NCBI GenBank assembly: GCA_025465135.1
Contig: JAODNA010000160.1
Location: 1,495-65,494 of the forward strand
DNA length: 64,000 nt
DNA from: Frankiales bacterium
Lineage (GTDB): Bacteria > Actinomycetota > Actinomycetes > Mycobacteriales > SCTD01
Direction: 5' to 3'
Position numbers and translations under genes: made by a program. This document shows positions 1 to 9,600 of this stretch, one piece after another (within the stretch, counting starts at the first letter, position 1; each line of letters begins with the position of its first letter). The notes below the pieces were generated by a model. It was not told the origin of the DNA and searched no databases. It worked only from the letters and a program-made list of their open reading frames with translations.

Positions 1-16
1 ACGAGGGAGGCGGATC

Positions 17-751
17 ATGGACCTGTTCGAGCACGGTGCCGTCATCATCACGGGCGCGGGCAAGGGCATCGGTCGCGCGACCGCCCTCACCGCGGCGCAG
101 GAAGGCCTGGCGGTCGCAGCGTGGGATCGGGACTCCGTCGCCCTCGACGAACTCGTCTCGGTCATCGGCGCCGCGGGTGGGACCGCCAAGGGATTCGTCG
201 TGGACGTGGGCGACAGCAGTGCCGTGGAGACGGCACTCGATGCGTCGTTCGCCTTCGGTGATTGCCGCTACCTCGTCAACAACGCCGGCCCGTTGAGCCG
301 GCCGACGTCGCCGATGACCTTCGAGGACGGACTCGTCCTCGCCATGGGGAGCGTCTACCAGGTCACGACCGGCTGGCTGAAGCGGGCCGGGGATGACGCG
401 GAATCGGTGGTGTCGCTTTCGTCCATCTCCGGCACGACCTGGGCCGGCGGCGCCTCCGACATCTACTACCCGGTCGCCAAGAGCGCGATCGCCGCCTACA
501 TGAAGGAGATCGCCGTCCGCCACCGAGGTCGCCCCCGCGCGAACGCGGTTGCCCCCGGCGGAACCATCACCGCACGCACCCAGGACCACATCAACACGCC
601 CGGGTCGCTGGAGCAGTTCGCGCGCAGCCCCCTTGGCCGACCTGCAGAGGCCCAGGAGATCGCCGACGTGATCTGCTTCCTGCTCTCGCCGCGCGCCTCC
701 CACGTCAACGGAGTCGTGCTTCCGGTCGACGGCGGCTACGCCATCACCTGA
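17..751 (+). CDS. SDR-family NAD(P)-dependent oxidoreductase
   Basis: 244-aa ORF. Rossmann motif ITGAGKGIGRA, NNAG motif and Y-x3-K (YYPVAK). GGGAGG Shine-Dalgarno just upstream of the ATG. Confidence 0.85.
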   Translation: MDLFEHGAVIITGAGKGIGRATALTAAQEGLAVAAWDRDSVALDELVSVIGAAGGTAKGFVVDVGDSSAVETALDASFAFGDCRYLVNNAGPLSRPTSPMTFEDGLVLAMGSVYQVTTGWLKRAGDDAESVVSLSSISGTTWAGGASDIYYPVAKSAIAAYMKEIAVRHRGRPRANAVAPGGTITARTQDHINTPGSLEQFARSPLGRPAEAQEIADVICFLLSPRASHVNGVVLPVDGGYAIT

Positions 752-806
752 CGAACGCCTCGTCGAAACGGTCGGGACAGGTGCTCGACATTAGCGTGAG
801 GCCTCA

Positions 807-2012
807 ATGGACTTCCACGTCACATACAGCGAGAGCCAGCAGCGCTTCCGGGCGGAAGTAGCGCAGTGGCTCGCTGACGTCGTACCGTCCGAGCTGCTCG
901 GCTCGAACGAGCACTTCGAGAACAGGGACGCGTACGAGCTGCGGCGCGATCTGGGCCGTTCGCTCGGTGCGCGCGGGTGGCTCTACCCGATGGCGCCCCC
1001 CGAGTACGGCGGCGGCGGGCTCGATCTCGACGCGGCACTTGTGGTCGCCGAGGAGCTTCGGCGGCTGGGGCTCGGCCTGCCGCCGTACTACGACTCCGGT
1101 GGTGTCCTCGGCAGCGCCTCGATCCTGCACTGGGGCACGGACGAGCAGAAGGCCGAGCTGCTGCCGCCGATCTACAGGGGTGAGCAGCGCACCTGGCAGC
1201 TGCTCACCGAGCCGTCTGCGGGCTCCGACGTGGCAGCTGTCGCGACGACCGCGGTGCGCGACGGTGACGACTACCTCATCAGCGGCCAGAAGTCGTTCAT
1301 CGGCAGCCTGCACGGCGCGGACGCCCACTGGGCGCTGGTCCGCACCGGTCCCGCGGAGGACCGCCATCACAACCTGAGCTGGTTCATGATCGACGGGAGC
1401 TCGGCAGGCATCACGATCACACCGCAGCACCTGCTCGGCGGCATCGACAAGAACACCATCTTCCTCGACGAGGTCCGCGTGCCCGCCGGCCGCCTGGTGG
1501 GCGGGGAGAACAAGGGGTGGCAGGTCGCGTTCACGCACCTCGACCACGAGCACGGCCTCCGCTCGGACCGCTTCCTCGGGCAGGAGCTGCACCGGGCCTG
1601 GGAGCGCATCGTCGAGGGCATCGCCGACCCAGCATCCGGGGTGAGCACCGACGACCCTGTCGTCGTCGACCTGCTCGCCAAGATCTACGTGAAGAAGGAG
1701 ACGGTCCGGCTCCTGGGCAAGCGCAACTACTGGCTCGCCATGGAGAACCGGCCGCGCACCTACGAGGGCCCGCAGGGCTACTACCTCGAGAAGAAGACGA
1801 CCCAGTGGCTGGCGTCGGCGCTGCTCGAGCTCTTCGGCGGGGCTGCGACGGCCAACGTCTTCGCCGGCGACGCGGGCGCGGCTCTCGTCGAGCAGCAGGC
1901 GCTCGGCGCAATGGCCATGCACGGCGGTGGCACCGGCGAGATCCAGAAGCTGATCATGTCCAGGGCGTTGCGACTCGGCAAGCCGGCCACGTCAGCGTCA
2001 GCGCCGGAGTGA
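807..2012 (+). CDS. Acyl-CoA dehydrogenase family protein (first of adjacent pair 1)
   Basis: 401-aa ORF. ACAD motif LTEPSAGSDVAA and C-terminal GGGTGEIQKLIMSRAL, which is related to the canonical YEGTxEIQ but lacks the Glu. The next ACAD gene follows after a 4-nt gap. Confidence 0.85.
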   Translation: MDFHVTYSESQQRFRAEVAQWLADVVPSELLGSNEHFENRDAYELRRDLGRSLGARGWLYPMAPPEYGGGGLDLDAALVVAEELRRLGLGLPPYYDSGGVLGSASILHWGTDEQKAELLPPIYRGEQRTWQLLTEPSAGSDVAAVATTAVRDGDDYLISGQKSFIGSLHGADAHWALVRTGPAEDRHHNLSWFMIDGSSAGITITPQHLLGGIDKNTIFLDEVRVPAGRLVGGENKGWQVAFTHLDHEHGLRSDRFLGQELHRAWERIVEGIADPASGVSTDDPVVVDLLAKIYVKKETVRLLGKRNYWLAMENRPRTYEGPQGYYLEKKTTQWLASALLELFGGAATANVFAGDAGAALVEQQALGAMAMHGGGTGEIQKLIMSRALRLGKPATSASAPE

Positions 2013-2016
2013 CCCC

Positions 2017-3147
2017 GTGGACCTGAGCCTCACCGGCGAGCAGGAGCAGCTGCGCCGGACCGCACGCGACTTCGCCACCCGCGCGAGGAAGTCCGGCGCC
2101 GCGCGTGGGCCGTCCGCGGCCGCACTCAGTGCCTGGGCGGAGATGGCCAAGCTCGGCTGGTTCTCACTCGCGGTGCCCGAGCGACTCGGCGGCTACGAAG
2201 CGCCGTTCGACCTCGGCGTGCTCATGGAGGGACTGGGCATGGCGGCGTGTCCCGGACCGGTCTACGACGCGGCCGTCCTCGCACCCGCCGTGCTCTCGAG
2301 CCTGGACACCGCAGACTCCCGGGAGCTGCTCACCGGCATCCAGGCCGGCACCGTCCGGCCGGTCGTCCTCATCGGGGCGGAGTCAGGCGCGGCCAGCACC
2401 GTGCACCGCTGCGACGTCCGCGTCATGGGTGATGCTCTCGCCGGCGCGGCATTTCCCGTCCGGCACCTGGCGTGGGCGACGCACGTGCTCGTCCTCGCCG
2501 CCGACACGACGCATGACGGTGGCTGGTCGCTCGTGGTCGTGCCCACAGATGTGACCGGCTACGTCGCCGACGAGCTCGAAGCCTTCGGCGACACCGCGCA
2601 CCGGCTACAGGTCGACGGCGTACCGCTGTCCGCCTGCGTCGTCATCCCGATCGCGCCGCCCGATCTGGCGGGCGTGCGCTCTGCGGTCGTCTCGAGCGTG
2701 GCCGCGCTCTGCGCGTTCCAGGTGGGGAGCTGTCAGGCCGCGCTGGACATGAGCGTCGCCTACTGCAACCAGCGCATGCAGTTCGGCAAGCTGATCGGCT
2801 CGTTCCAACGCGTCCAGGACCACATCATCGAGCTGCTCATCGCGCTCGACAGCGCCAGGTGGACCACCTACTCCGCGCTCGCCGAGCAGGCGGCCGGGCC
2901 GCTGCCCGTCGTAGAGATCCACCTGGCGAAGGCGGTCACCAGCGAGGCGCACCTCGCCGCCTGCGACAGCGCGCACGAGGTCCACGCGGGCATCGGGTGT
3001 GACATCGACTACGGCCTGGCCCCGCACACTTACCTGTCACGTGATCTGCACGCCTACCTCGGCTCGCCCGCGTGGCATCGCCGCGAGCTCGTGGCAGCCC
3101 TGGACCTGGTCGGCAGCCGGACCGCGACCGACCCGACCGCTCCGTGA
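2017..3147 (+). CDS. Acyl-CoA dehydrogenase family protein (second of pair 1)
   Basis: 376-aa ORF. ACAD C-terminal-domain motif MQFGKLIGSFQRVQDHI. Its stop overlaps the next gene's GTG start (GTGA). Confidence 0.8.
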   Translation: MDLSLTGEQEQLRRTARDFATRARKSGAARGPSAAALSAWAEMAKLGWFSLAVPERLGGYEAPFDLGVLMEGLGMAACPGPVYDAAVLAPAVLSSLDTADSRELLTGIQAGTVRPVVLIGAESGAASTVHRCDVRVMGDALAGAAFPVRHLAWATHVLVLAADTTHDGGWSLVVVPTDVTGYVADELEAFGDTAHRLQVDGVPLSACVVIPIAPPDLAGVRSAVVSSVAALCAFQVGSCQAALDMSVAYCNQRMQFGKLIGSFQRVQDHIIELLIALDSARWTTYSALAEQAAGPLPVVEIHLAKAVTSEAHLAACDSAHEVHAGIGCDIDYGLAPHTYLSRDLHAYLGSPAWHRRELVAALDLVGSRTATDPTAP

Positions 3148-5312
3148 CCGCGACAGGCGCGCTCGATCGGCTCCTGGCCCCGCGCAGCGTTGCGGTCATC
3201 GGCGCGTCCGGGCGGTCGACGCCCGCGCTAGGACTCGTGCAGGCACTCGACGACTACGCCTTCGGCGGCGCCGTGCACCTGGTCAACCGCCGCGGCGCCG
3301 AGGTGCTGGGTCGCCAGACCTTCACCACGGTCAGCGAGATCCCGGATCCGGTCGACCTTGCTCTCGTGCTCGTGCCCGCGTCCGGAGTGGCCGACGCCTT
3401 GCGTGACTGCGCCGACGCCGGCATCGGCGATGCCGTCGTGTTCAGCTCCGGCTTCGCCGAGGAAGGCCCGGCGGGGGCCGTGCTCCAGGCAGAGGTGGCG
3501 GCCATCGCGGCTGAGACCGGGATCCGCCTGCTGGGTCCCAACTGCCAGGGCTTCCTCAACATGAGCGCCGGCGTCCCGGTGAGCTTCAGCTCGAGTCTGT
3601 CCCTCGAGCAGGTGTCGTCGCACTTCCTCGACCCGGAGACCGGCCGTCCGCTCGAGGACCCGGCTCGTGTGCTCGAGCTCGCGCGCGGCCCGGTTGCGAT
3701 GGTTGCTCAGAGCGGCGGGCTGGCCTTCTCGCTGTTCAACAAGGGCCTCGCGCGCGGCATGCGTTTCAGCTACGTCGTGTCGACCGGCAACGAGGCGAAC
3801 ATCGAGCTGCTCGACGTCATGGAGCACATGGTCGAGGACCCGTCGACGCGCGTCGTGATGGCGTACGTCGAAGGGCTCCGATCCCCGCAGCGGCTCGCGG
3901 CTCTCGCCGCGCGTGCGCGCGAGACGCAGACGCAGCTCGTCATCGGGAAGGTGGGCCGGTCGGTTGCAGCAGCACGGGCCGCGCTGTCGCACACCGGCCA
4001 GCTTGCCGGCGACCACGCGGCGTACGAAGCCGTCTTCGACCGGTACGGCGTCATCTCGGCTGCCGATCCGGAGGAGATGCTCGACGCTGCGCTCGCGGTC
4101 TCCCTCGTTCCCCCTGCCGCCGGCCCGCGCGCCGCGATCGTGAGCCTGTCCGGCGGATCAGCCGTCTGGCTGGCGGACGCGCTCGCCGATGTCGGACTCG
4201 AGCTGCCCGACCTCGACCCGGGCACGGAGCGGCTCATCGCCGGCCTGCTGCCCAGCTACGCGTCGACGACGAACCCCGTGGACGTCAGCGGCGGCGCGGA
4301 CGTGGGGCCGGCCGAGGTCCTCGCGCTCGTGGCAGAGGATCCCAACGTCGATGCGCTGATCCTGGTGACGACACTCGCCCGCAAGCAGCGCCTCACCGTG
4401 GACCTGCCTGCGCTCGAGAAGCTCAAGCTGGGTCCGAAGCCGGTGCTCATCCACACCTACACCGAGCCCGCGGCCAGTGCCGTGCAGGCGCTGAACCAGC
4501 TGGGCCTGCCGATGTACCAGAGCCCTGCGCGGTGTGCGCGCGCGCTGCGAGCCCTGGTGGTCGCAGGACGCCAGGTACCCGCCGACGAGAGCGCAGCTGC
4601 CGATGAGACACGGGACGCTGCGCTGCGTTCGTGGACGGGGGCGTCGCCCACCGTTCCCGAGTACCTGGTCAAGCAGGTCCTGGCCGCGGCGGGCGTGCGC
4701 ACCACGCGCGAAACGCTGGCTCGTGACGTGGACGAGGCGGTGGCCGCGGCATTGGCGATCGGCTACCCCGTGGCGCTCAAGATCCAGTCGCCGGGGCTGC
4801 CGCACAAGGCCGCTGCCGGCGGCGTCGCGCTCGGCGTTGCCGATGAGCAGGAGCTGCGCCAGCGGTTCCAGACGCTGCTCGACAACGCCGCGACGCACGG
4901 CGTCGAGGACGTGCACGGCGTGCTCGTCCAGGAGATGGTCACGATCAGCTCCGAGCTGATCATCGGCATCCAGAACACCTCCGGGCTCGGCCCGATGGTG
5001 CTGCTCGGGCTCGGCGGCTCGATGGTGGAGGTCATCGACCGCAGCGTGCTGTACCCGGCGCCGTTCTCGGTTGACGTCGCCCGCATGCTCCTGCAGCGAC
5101 TCGGCCTGCACCGAGCCGCCCGCACCGGTCCGGACGACGAGCGGCTGACGCCACTGGCAGAGCTGCTGTCACGCGTCTCGCACGTCGCACATGCCCTTCG
5201 CGACGACCTGGTCGAACTCGACCTCAACCCGGTGGTCTGGGACCTGGGCACGGGTCAGGTCGTCGTCGCCGATGCCGTCGCCGTACTTGCCTCATCGATC
5301 GACGAGTCCTGA
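3144..5312 (+). CDS. ADP-forming (NDP-forming) acyl-CoA synthetase family protein (CoA-binding + succinyl-CoA-ligase-like + ATP-grasp domains)
   Basis: The ORF track gives 3072-5312; an in-frame GTG at 3144 overlaps the upstream stop. Motifs: LLAPRSVAVIGASGRS (CoA-binding), LLGPNCQG, SHTGQLAG (phosphohistidine loop), and a C-terminal ATP-grasp-like region (YPVALKIQSPGLPHKAAAGGV). Confidence 0.85.
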   Translation: MTATGALDRLLAPRSVAVIGASGRSTPALGLVQALDDYAFGGAVHLVNRRGAEVLGRQTFTTVSEIPDPVDLALVLVPASGVADALRDCADAGIGDAVVFSSGFAEEGPAGAVLQAEVAAIAAETGIRLLGPNCQGFLNMSAGVPVSFSSSLSLEQVSSHFLDPETGRPLEDPARVLELARGPVAMVAQSGGLAFSLFNKGLARGMRFSYVVSTGNEANIELLDVMEHMVEDPSTRVVMAYVEGLRSPQRLAALAARARETQTQLVIGKVGRSVAAARAALSHTGQLAGDHAAYEAVFDRYGVISAADPEEMLDAALAVSLVPPAAGPRAAIVSLSGGSAVWLADALADVGLELPDLDPGTERLIAGLLPSYASTTNPVDVSGGADVGPAEVLALVAEDPNVDALILVTTLARKQRLTVDLPALEKLKLGPKPVLIHTYTEPAASAVQALNQLGLPMYQSPARCARALRALVVAGRQVPADESAAADETRDAALRSWTGASPTVPEYLVKQVLAAAGVRTTRETLARDVDEAVAAALAIGYPVALKIQSPGLPHKAAAGGVALGVADEQELRQRFQTLLDNAATHGVEDVHGVLVQEMVTISSELIIGIQNTSGLGPMVLLGLGGSMVEVIDRSVLYPAPFSVDVARMLLQRLGLHRAARTGPDDERLTPLAELLSRVSHVAHALRDDLVELDLNPVVWDLGTGQVVVADAVAVLASSIDES

Positions 5313-5377
5313 CCCGACATGCTCAAGACATGCCGCGCTTGCGAGAGTCGAGGTCACCGAAGACGAGGAGAAGCACG

Positions 5378-6529
5378 TTGACTGTCGCGCTGGAAGACCG
5401 GCTGCTCGGTGTCCCGATCGGTGCGTCGAAGACCGTCGACGTCTACTCCGGCGTCGCACGCCTGTCCGGGAAGATCTGGGCGCGCGAGGTCAAGATCGCC
5501 GGCACTCGTCCCCGCACGGCGGTGTTCTTCACCCACCCGACGTCGAACTTCCTCGGGCACTACATGCTCGAGAAGCTCGCCGCCACCGGCGTGGCTGCCA
5601 TCGGCATGTGCACGCGCTACGTCGGCAACGACAGCGCGCTGCTGATGGAGAACTGCGTGCTCGACGTCGGGGCTGTCGTCTCGTTCCTGCGCGCCGAGGG
5701 CTACGAGAAGGTGATCGCGTGCGGCAACTCCGGCGGCGGCGGGCTCGTCCCGCTGTTCCAGAGCCAGGCGGAGAAGCCGACCATCACGGCGGCTCCCGGC
5801 GGCGGTGGCCCGGACCTGACGAAGGCAGGCCTGGAGCCGGCCGACGCCGTGATCCTGCTCAACGGACACCCGAGCCGGGCGCTCCTGCGCACGGAGTGGC
5901 TCGACCCGTCGATCCGGGACGAGGCCAAGCCGTTCGATCGCGACCCCGACGTCGACATGTTCAACTCGAAGAACGGCCCCGCCTACAGCGAGGAGTGGAT
6001 GACGGCGTACCGCGCCGCCCAGGTCGAGAGGAACCACCGCATCACCGCCTGGTGCAAGGCCACGATCGCCGAGGTCGGTGACCGCTTCGGCGGCGCCCTC
6101 GACGACCTGCCGTTCGTCGTACACGGCACGACCGCCGATCCGCGCTTCTTCGACCTGAGCATCGACGCCAACGACCGCGCCGCCGGGACCACGCTGTGGG
6201 GGGCGCCCGAACCCGCGAACTACCTGCCTGCCTCCCTGGGCCACTTCAACAGCTGCCACTCGTGGCTGAGCCAGTGGAGCATCGAAGACAGCAACGCGGG
6301 CGCCCACAACCTCAGTGACGTCAGCGTCCCGATCCAGGTGCTGATCGGCACCGGCGACCCGACGGTTCTTCCCTCCCACACGAAGCTCCTCACCGACGCC
6401 ATCTCGCACGACGACTGGGAGCGGGTCGACCTTCCCGGTGGCACGCACTACTTCGAGGGGCAGCCGGAGCTGACCGACCGGGTGGCCAAGGAGATGCACC
6501 GGTGGCTCGACGCGCACGACATGGTCTGA
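5378..6529 (+). CDS. Alpha/beta-fold hydrolase
   Basis: ORF 5330-6529. An in-frame TTG at 5378 preceded by GAGGAG is the more likely start. Nucleophile elbow GNSGG; C-terminal GGTHYF supplies a candidate catalytic His. Confidence 0.7.
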   Translation: MTVALEDRLLGVPIGASKTVDVYSGVARLSGKIWAREVKIAGTRPRTAVFFTHPTSNFLGHYMLEKLAATGVAAIGMCTRYVGNDSALLMENCVLDVGAVVSFLRAEGYEKVIACGNSGGGGLVPLFQSQAEKPTITAAPGGGGPDLTKAGLEPADAVILLNGHPSRALLRTEWLDPSIRDEAKPFDRDPDVDMFNSKNGPAYSEEWMTAYRAAQVERNHRITAWCKATIAEVGDRFGGALDDLPFVVHGTTADPRFFDLSIDANDRAAGTTLWGAPEPANYLPASLGHFNSCHSWLSQWSIEDSNAGAHNLSDVSVPIQVLIGTGDPTVLPSHTKLLTDAISHDDWERVDLPGGTHYFEGQPELTDRVAKEMHRWLDAHDMV

Positions 6530-6563
6530 CCGCCACCGCGCGCCTGACGAGAGAAGCCCACCC

Positions 6564-7421
6564 ATGACGACCGTCATCGACCCGGACACCCTGATCGGCA
6601 CGCCGCTCCCCGGGGCCGCTGGTGCGTGGACGGACAAGGACGTCATGCTCTACCAGCTCGGTCTGGGAGCGGGGATCCCTCCGACCGACCCGCGCGAGCT
6701 GCGCTACACGTTCGAGCGCGACCTGATGGTGCTGCCGTCCTTCGCATCAGTGGCATGTCACACCGGCCTGATCGGCTTCCGCCGGCTGCCGCAGCTGGAC
6801 CTGAGCAATGTCGTCGTGCTGCACGCCGAGCACCTTGTCGAGACACCGGCTGCCATCCCCGCTGAGGCCGAGGTCGAGCACGACGGCGGGATCATCGACG
6901 TCATCGACCGCGAGCGCGGTGCGCTCGTGCTGTTCGAGGTGAACACCCGGGACAGGACGACGGGGCAGCTGTACTTCCGCAACGTCGCCAGCTTCTACCT
7001 CAAGGGCCTCGGCGGGTTCGGAGGCAAGGCGGGATCACACGAGAAGATCGCACCCCCGGATCGGGGTCCGGACGTCGAGTCGGCTGTCACGCTGCTGCCC
7101 AACCAGGCGCTGATCTACCGGCTCTCAGGCGACCGCAACCCGATGCACGTCGACCCCGAGGCCGCCGCGAAGGCCGGCTTCCCGCAGCCGCTCCTCCACG
7201 GCCTGTGCACGTACGGCGTCGTCTGCAAGCAGGTCGTCGACAGCGTCCTCGACGGTGACGTCTCGTCCATGCGCAGCTACCGGGGCCGGTTCACCGGCAA
7301 CGTCTTCCCGAGCGAGACCCTCAAGGTGCAGATGTGGCGTGAGGGTGACGTCGTGACCGCAGTGGCGTCTACAGTCGAGCGCGGCGACGCGGTGTTCGTC
7401 GGAGAAGCCCGGCTCGGTTGA
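6564..7421 (+). CDS. MaoC-family (R)-specific enoyl-CoA hydratase, double hot-dog type
   Basis: 285-aa ORF. Hydratase-2 motif YRLSGDRNPMHVDPEAAKAGF. Its length fits a fused N-terminal/C-terminal hot-dog arrangement, as in the MFE-2 hydratase domain. Confidence 0.85.
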   Translation: MTTVIDPDTLIGTPLPGAAGAWTDKDVMLYQLGLGAGIPPTDPRELRYTFERDLMVLPSFASVACHTGLIGFRRLPQLDLSNVVVLHAEHLVETPAAIPAEAEVEHDGGIIDVIDRERGALVLFEVNTRDRTTGQLYFRNVASFYLKGLGGFGGKAGSHEKIAPPDRGPDVESAVTLLPNQALIYRLSGDRNPMHVDPEAAAKAGFPQPLLHGLCTYGVVCKQVVDSVLDGDVSSMRSYRGRFTGNVFPSETLKVQMWREGDVVTAVASTVERGDAVFVGEARLG

Positions 7422-7428
7422 AGGTGCC

Positions 7429-8211
7429 TTGCAGATGAGTGAGGTCGAGTACCACCGCGACGGTCGGGTCGGGTACATCGTGCTGCGCCGGCCGCAGAAG
7501 CTGAACGCCTTGACGGACCCCATGCTGTGGGAGCTCCGCGAGGCGATCGTTGCGCTCGACGAGGACGACGACGCCTGGGTCGGGATCATCCACGGCGAGG
7601 GACGGGCGTTCTGCGCAGGTGCCGACGTGCAGAGCCGGCAGAACCGGCCACCTGCGGAGCTCGGGCGCTTCGGCGGGACCGGCGGCTGGCGCTCGTTCCT
7701 GCCTGACTACTTCTTCCGGCTGACCCACTGGAAGCCGATGATCGCCGCGACGCACGGCCACGTCCTCGGCATGGGTCTGCGGCTCGCGTTCCTCTGCGAG
7801 TTCATCGTGTCCACGGAGGACTGCGCGTTCGCCGTCACGGAGACCGGCCGTGGGCTGGACCCGACTGTCCTCTGGGCGCACCTCGCGCGGCGCGCGACGG
7901 GCAGCTTCGCCAGCGATGTCGCCATGACGGGACGCACCTGGACCGGTGCCGAGGCGATGTCGGCCGGCGCCGTGGACCGGCTTGCGGCCGCCGGCGAGCA
8001 CGTCAGCGAAGCCGAGCGGCTCGCGGCGAGCATCGTGCGCAACCCGCCGCTGAGCGTCCGCAGTGTCGTCGAGGCCCGGCGCGGCGAGCTGGAGCGCCTG
8101 GAGCTGGAGCGGCGACTGGCCCGCCCCCGTGGACTGCACCTGAGCAGCGACTTCCAGGAGGCTCTGGGCGCCTTCCTCGAGAAGCGCGAGCCGCGCTTCG
8201 AGGCCCGGTGA
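7429..8211 (+). CDS. Enoyl-CoA hydratase/isomerase (crotonase) family protein
   Basis: 260-aa ORF. Crotonase pattern: GEGRAFCAGADV, ATHGHVLGMGLRLAFLCEF, VTETGRGL. Confidence 0.8.
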   Translation: MQMSEVEYHRDGRVGYIVLRRPQKLNALTDPMLWELREAIVALDEDDDAWVGIIHGEGRAFCAGADVQSRQNRPPAELGRFGGTGGWRSFLPDYFFRLTHWKPMIAATHGHVLGMGLRLAFLCEFIVSTEDCAFAVTETGRGLDPTVLWAHLARRATGSFASDVAMTGRTWTGAEAMSAGAVDRLAAAGEHVSEAERLAASIVRNPPLSVRSVVEARRGELERLELERRLARPRGLHLSSDFQEALGAFLEKREPRFEAR

Positions 8212-8310
8212 CAGCAGAGCGGGCCGTCCCGTGCGTCTGACATCCAATCGACACAGACACCTGCGTACGTTTTCCGTGACGGTGGAGACGCCGGCCGAAG
8301 GGGCCTCGGA

Positions 8311-8733
8311 ATGCTGAACGTGCGAGACCCCATCGTCGATGGCGACTCGGCGCACTACTGGGAGAGCGCGAAGGCCCGCGAGCTCGTCGCGCAGCAGTGC
8401 GACAGCTGCCGTGAGTTCGTCTTCTACCCGCGGTCCGTCTGCCCCCACTGCCACTCCGGTGACCTCACCTGGCGGACATCGGCCGGGCACGGGATCGTCT
8501 ACAGCTACACCGTCAGCCGCCGGGCGCCGAGCCCCGAGTTCGAAGGCATGGTCCCGTACGTCGTCGCACTGGTCGACCTCGACGAGGGCTTCCGGATGAT
8601 GTCCAACATCGTCGGCACGGACGCGCTCGGCACCCGCTGCGGCGACCGCGTGGAGGTCGACTTCGAGCAGGTCTCGGACGAGACAACGCTGCCGGTCTTC
8701 CGCCTGGTCAAGAAGCTCGAGGAGGAACGATGA
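8311..8733 (+). CDS. Zn-ribbon/OB-fold protein (DUF35 family), thiolase partner type
   Basis: 140-aa ORF. Rubredoxin-like C-x2-C...C-x2-C motif (CDSCREFVFYPRSVCPHCHS) followed by an OB-fold-like region. Its stop overlaps the next ATG (ATGA). Confidence 0.8.
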   Translation: MLNVRDPIVDGDSAHYWESAKARELVAQQCDSCREFVFYPRSVCPHCHSGDLTWRTSAGHGIVYSYTVSRRAPSPEFEGMVPYVVALVDLDEGFRMMSNIVGTDALGTRCGDRVEVDFEQVSDETTLPVFRLVKKLEEER

Positions 8734-9599
8734 GTGGAGTCGAGAAGCGGGTCGTCGTCGTCACAGGTGCCGGACGAGGCCTGGGTCGCGCGTATGCCCT
8801 GTACCTCGCTGAGTCGGGTGCCCGGGTCGTCGTCAACGACATCGGGACGGGACTGACCGGTGAGGGCACCGACGACTCCGTGGCCGAACAGGTGGTCAAG
8901 GAGATCACCAGCGCCGGCGGCGAGGCAGTGGCCAGTCAGGACAGCGTGGCGGACGCCGAAGGCGGGGCTCGCATCGTCCAGCGCGCGGTCGAGACGTGGG
9001 GTCGCATCGACGCCGTGGTGAACAACGCGGGCATCCTCCGCGACACCAGCTTCGCGAAGATGGAGCTCGAGCAGTTCGAGGCCGTGGTGCGGACGCACCT
9101 GTTCGGGGCCTATCACGTGACCCGGGCGGCGTGGCCGCACTTCCGCGAGCAGTCGCACGGGCGGATCGTCGTGGCGACATCCTCGACCGGCTTGTTCGGC
9201 AACTTCGGCCAGGCCAACTACGGTGCCGCGAAGCTCGGGCTCGTCGGAATGATCCACACGCTGGCGATCGAGGGCAAGAAGTACAACATCCTGGCGAACG
9301 CCGTGTCTCCCATGGGGGCAACCCGGATGACCGCGAACGTCCAGCTCGATGACGTGCAGACCGAGAAGCTCGACCCGAGCCGGGTCGCCCCCGCCGTCGC
9401 CTACCTGTGCTCAGACGAGTGCGAGGAGTCCGGCATCGTCGTCAGGGCCGGCGGCGGGCACTACTCTCGGGTCGCCTTCATGCAGTCACCTGGTGTGACG
9501 CTGCCGGAGCAACCGACGCTTGGGCAGTTCGCCGATGTCTGGTCGGACATCATGAAGATGGACGGCGCGAAACTCGGCGGCGCCGTGGGTCAGTTCTGA
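8730..9599 (+). CDS. SDR-family dehydrogenase resembling the (3R)-hydroxyacyl-CoA dehydrogenase domain of MFE-2/HSD17B4
   Basis: 289-aa ORF. Motifs TGAGRGLGRAYAL, NNAGILRD and NYGAAK (Y-x3-K). The overall pattern matches MFE-2-type dehydrogenases, from memory. Confidence 0.75.
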   Translation: MSGVEKRVVVVTGAGRGLGRAYALYLAESGARVVVNDIGTGLTGEGTDDSVAEQVVKEITSAGGEAVASQDSVADAEGGARIVQRAVETWGRIDAVVNNAGILRDTSFAKMELEQFEAVVRTHLFGAYHVTRAAWPHFREQSHGRIVVATSSTGLFGNFGQANYGAAKLGLVGMIHTLAIEGKKYNILANAVSPMGATRMTANVQLDDVQTEKLDPSRVAPAVAYLCSDECEESGIVVRAGGGHYSRVAFMQSPGVTLPEQPTLGQFADVWSDIMKMDGAKLGGAVGQF

Positions 9600-9600
9600 C

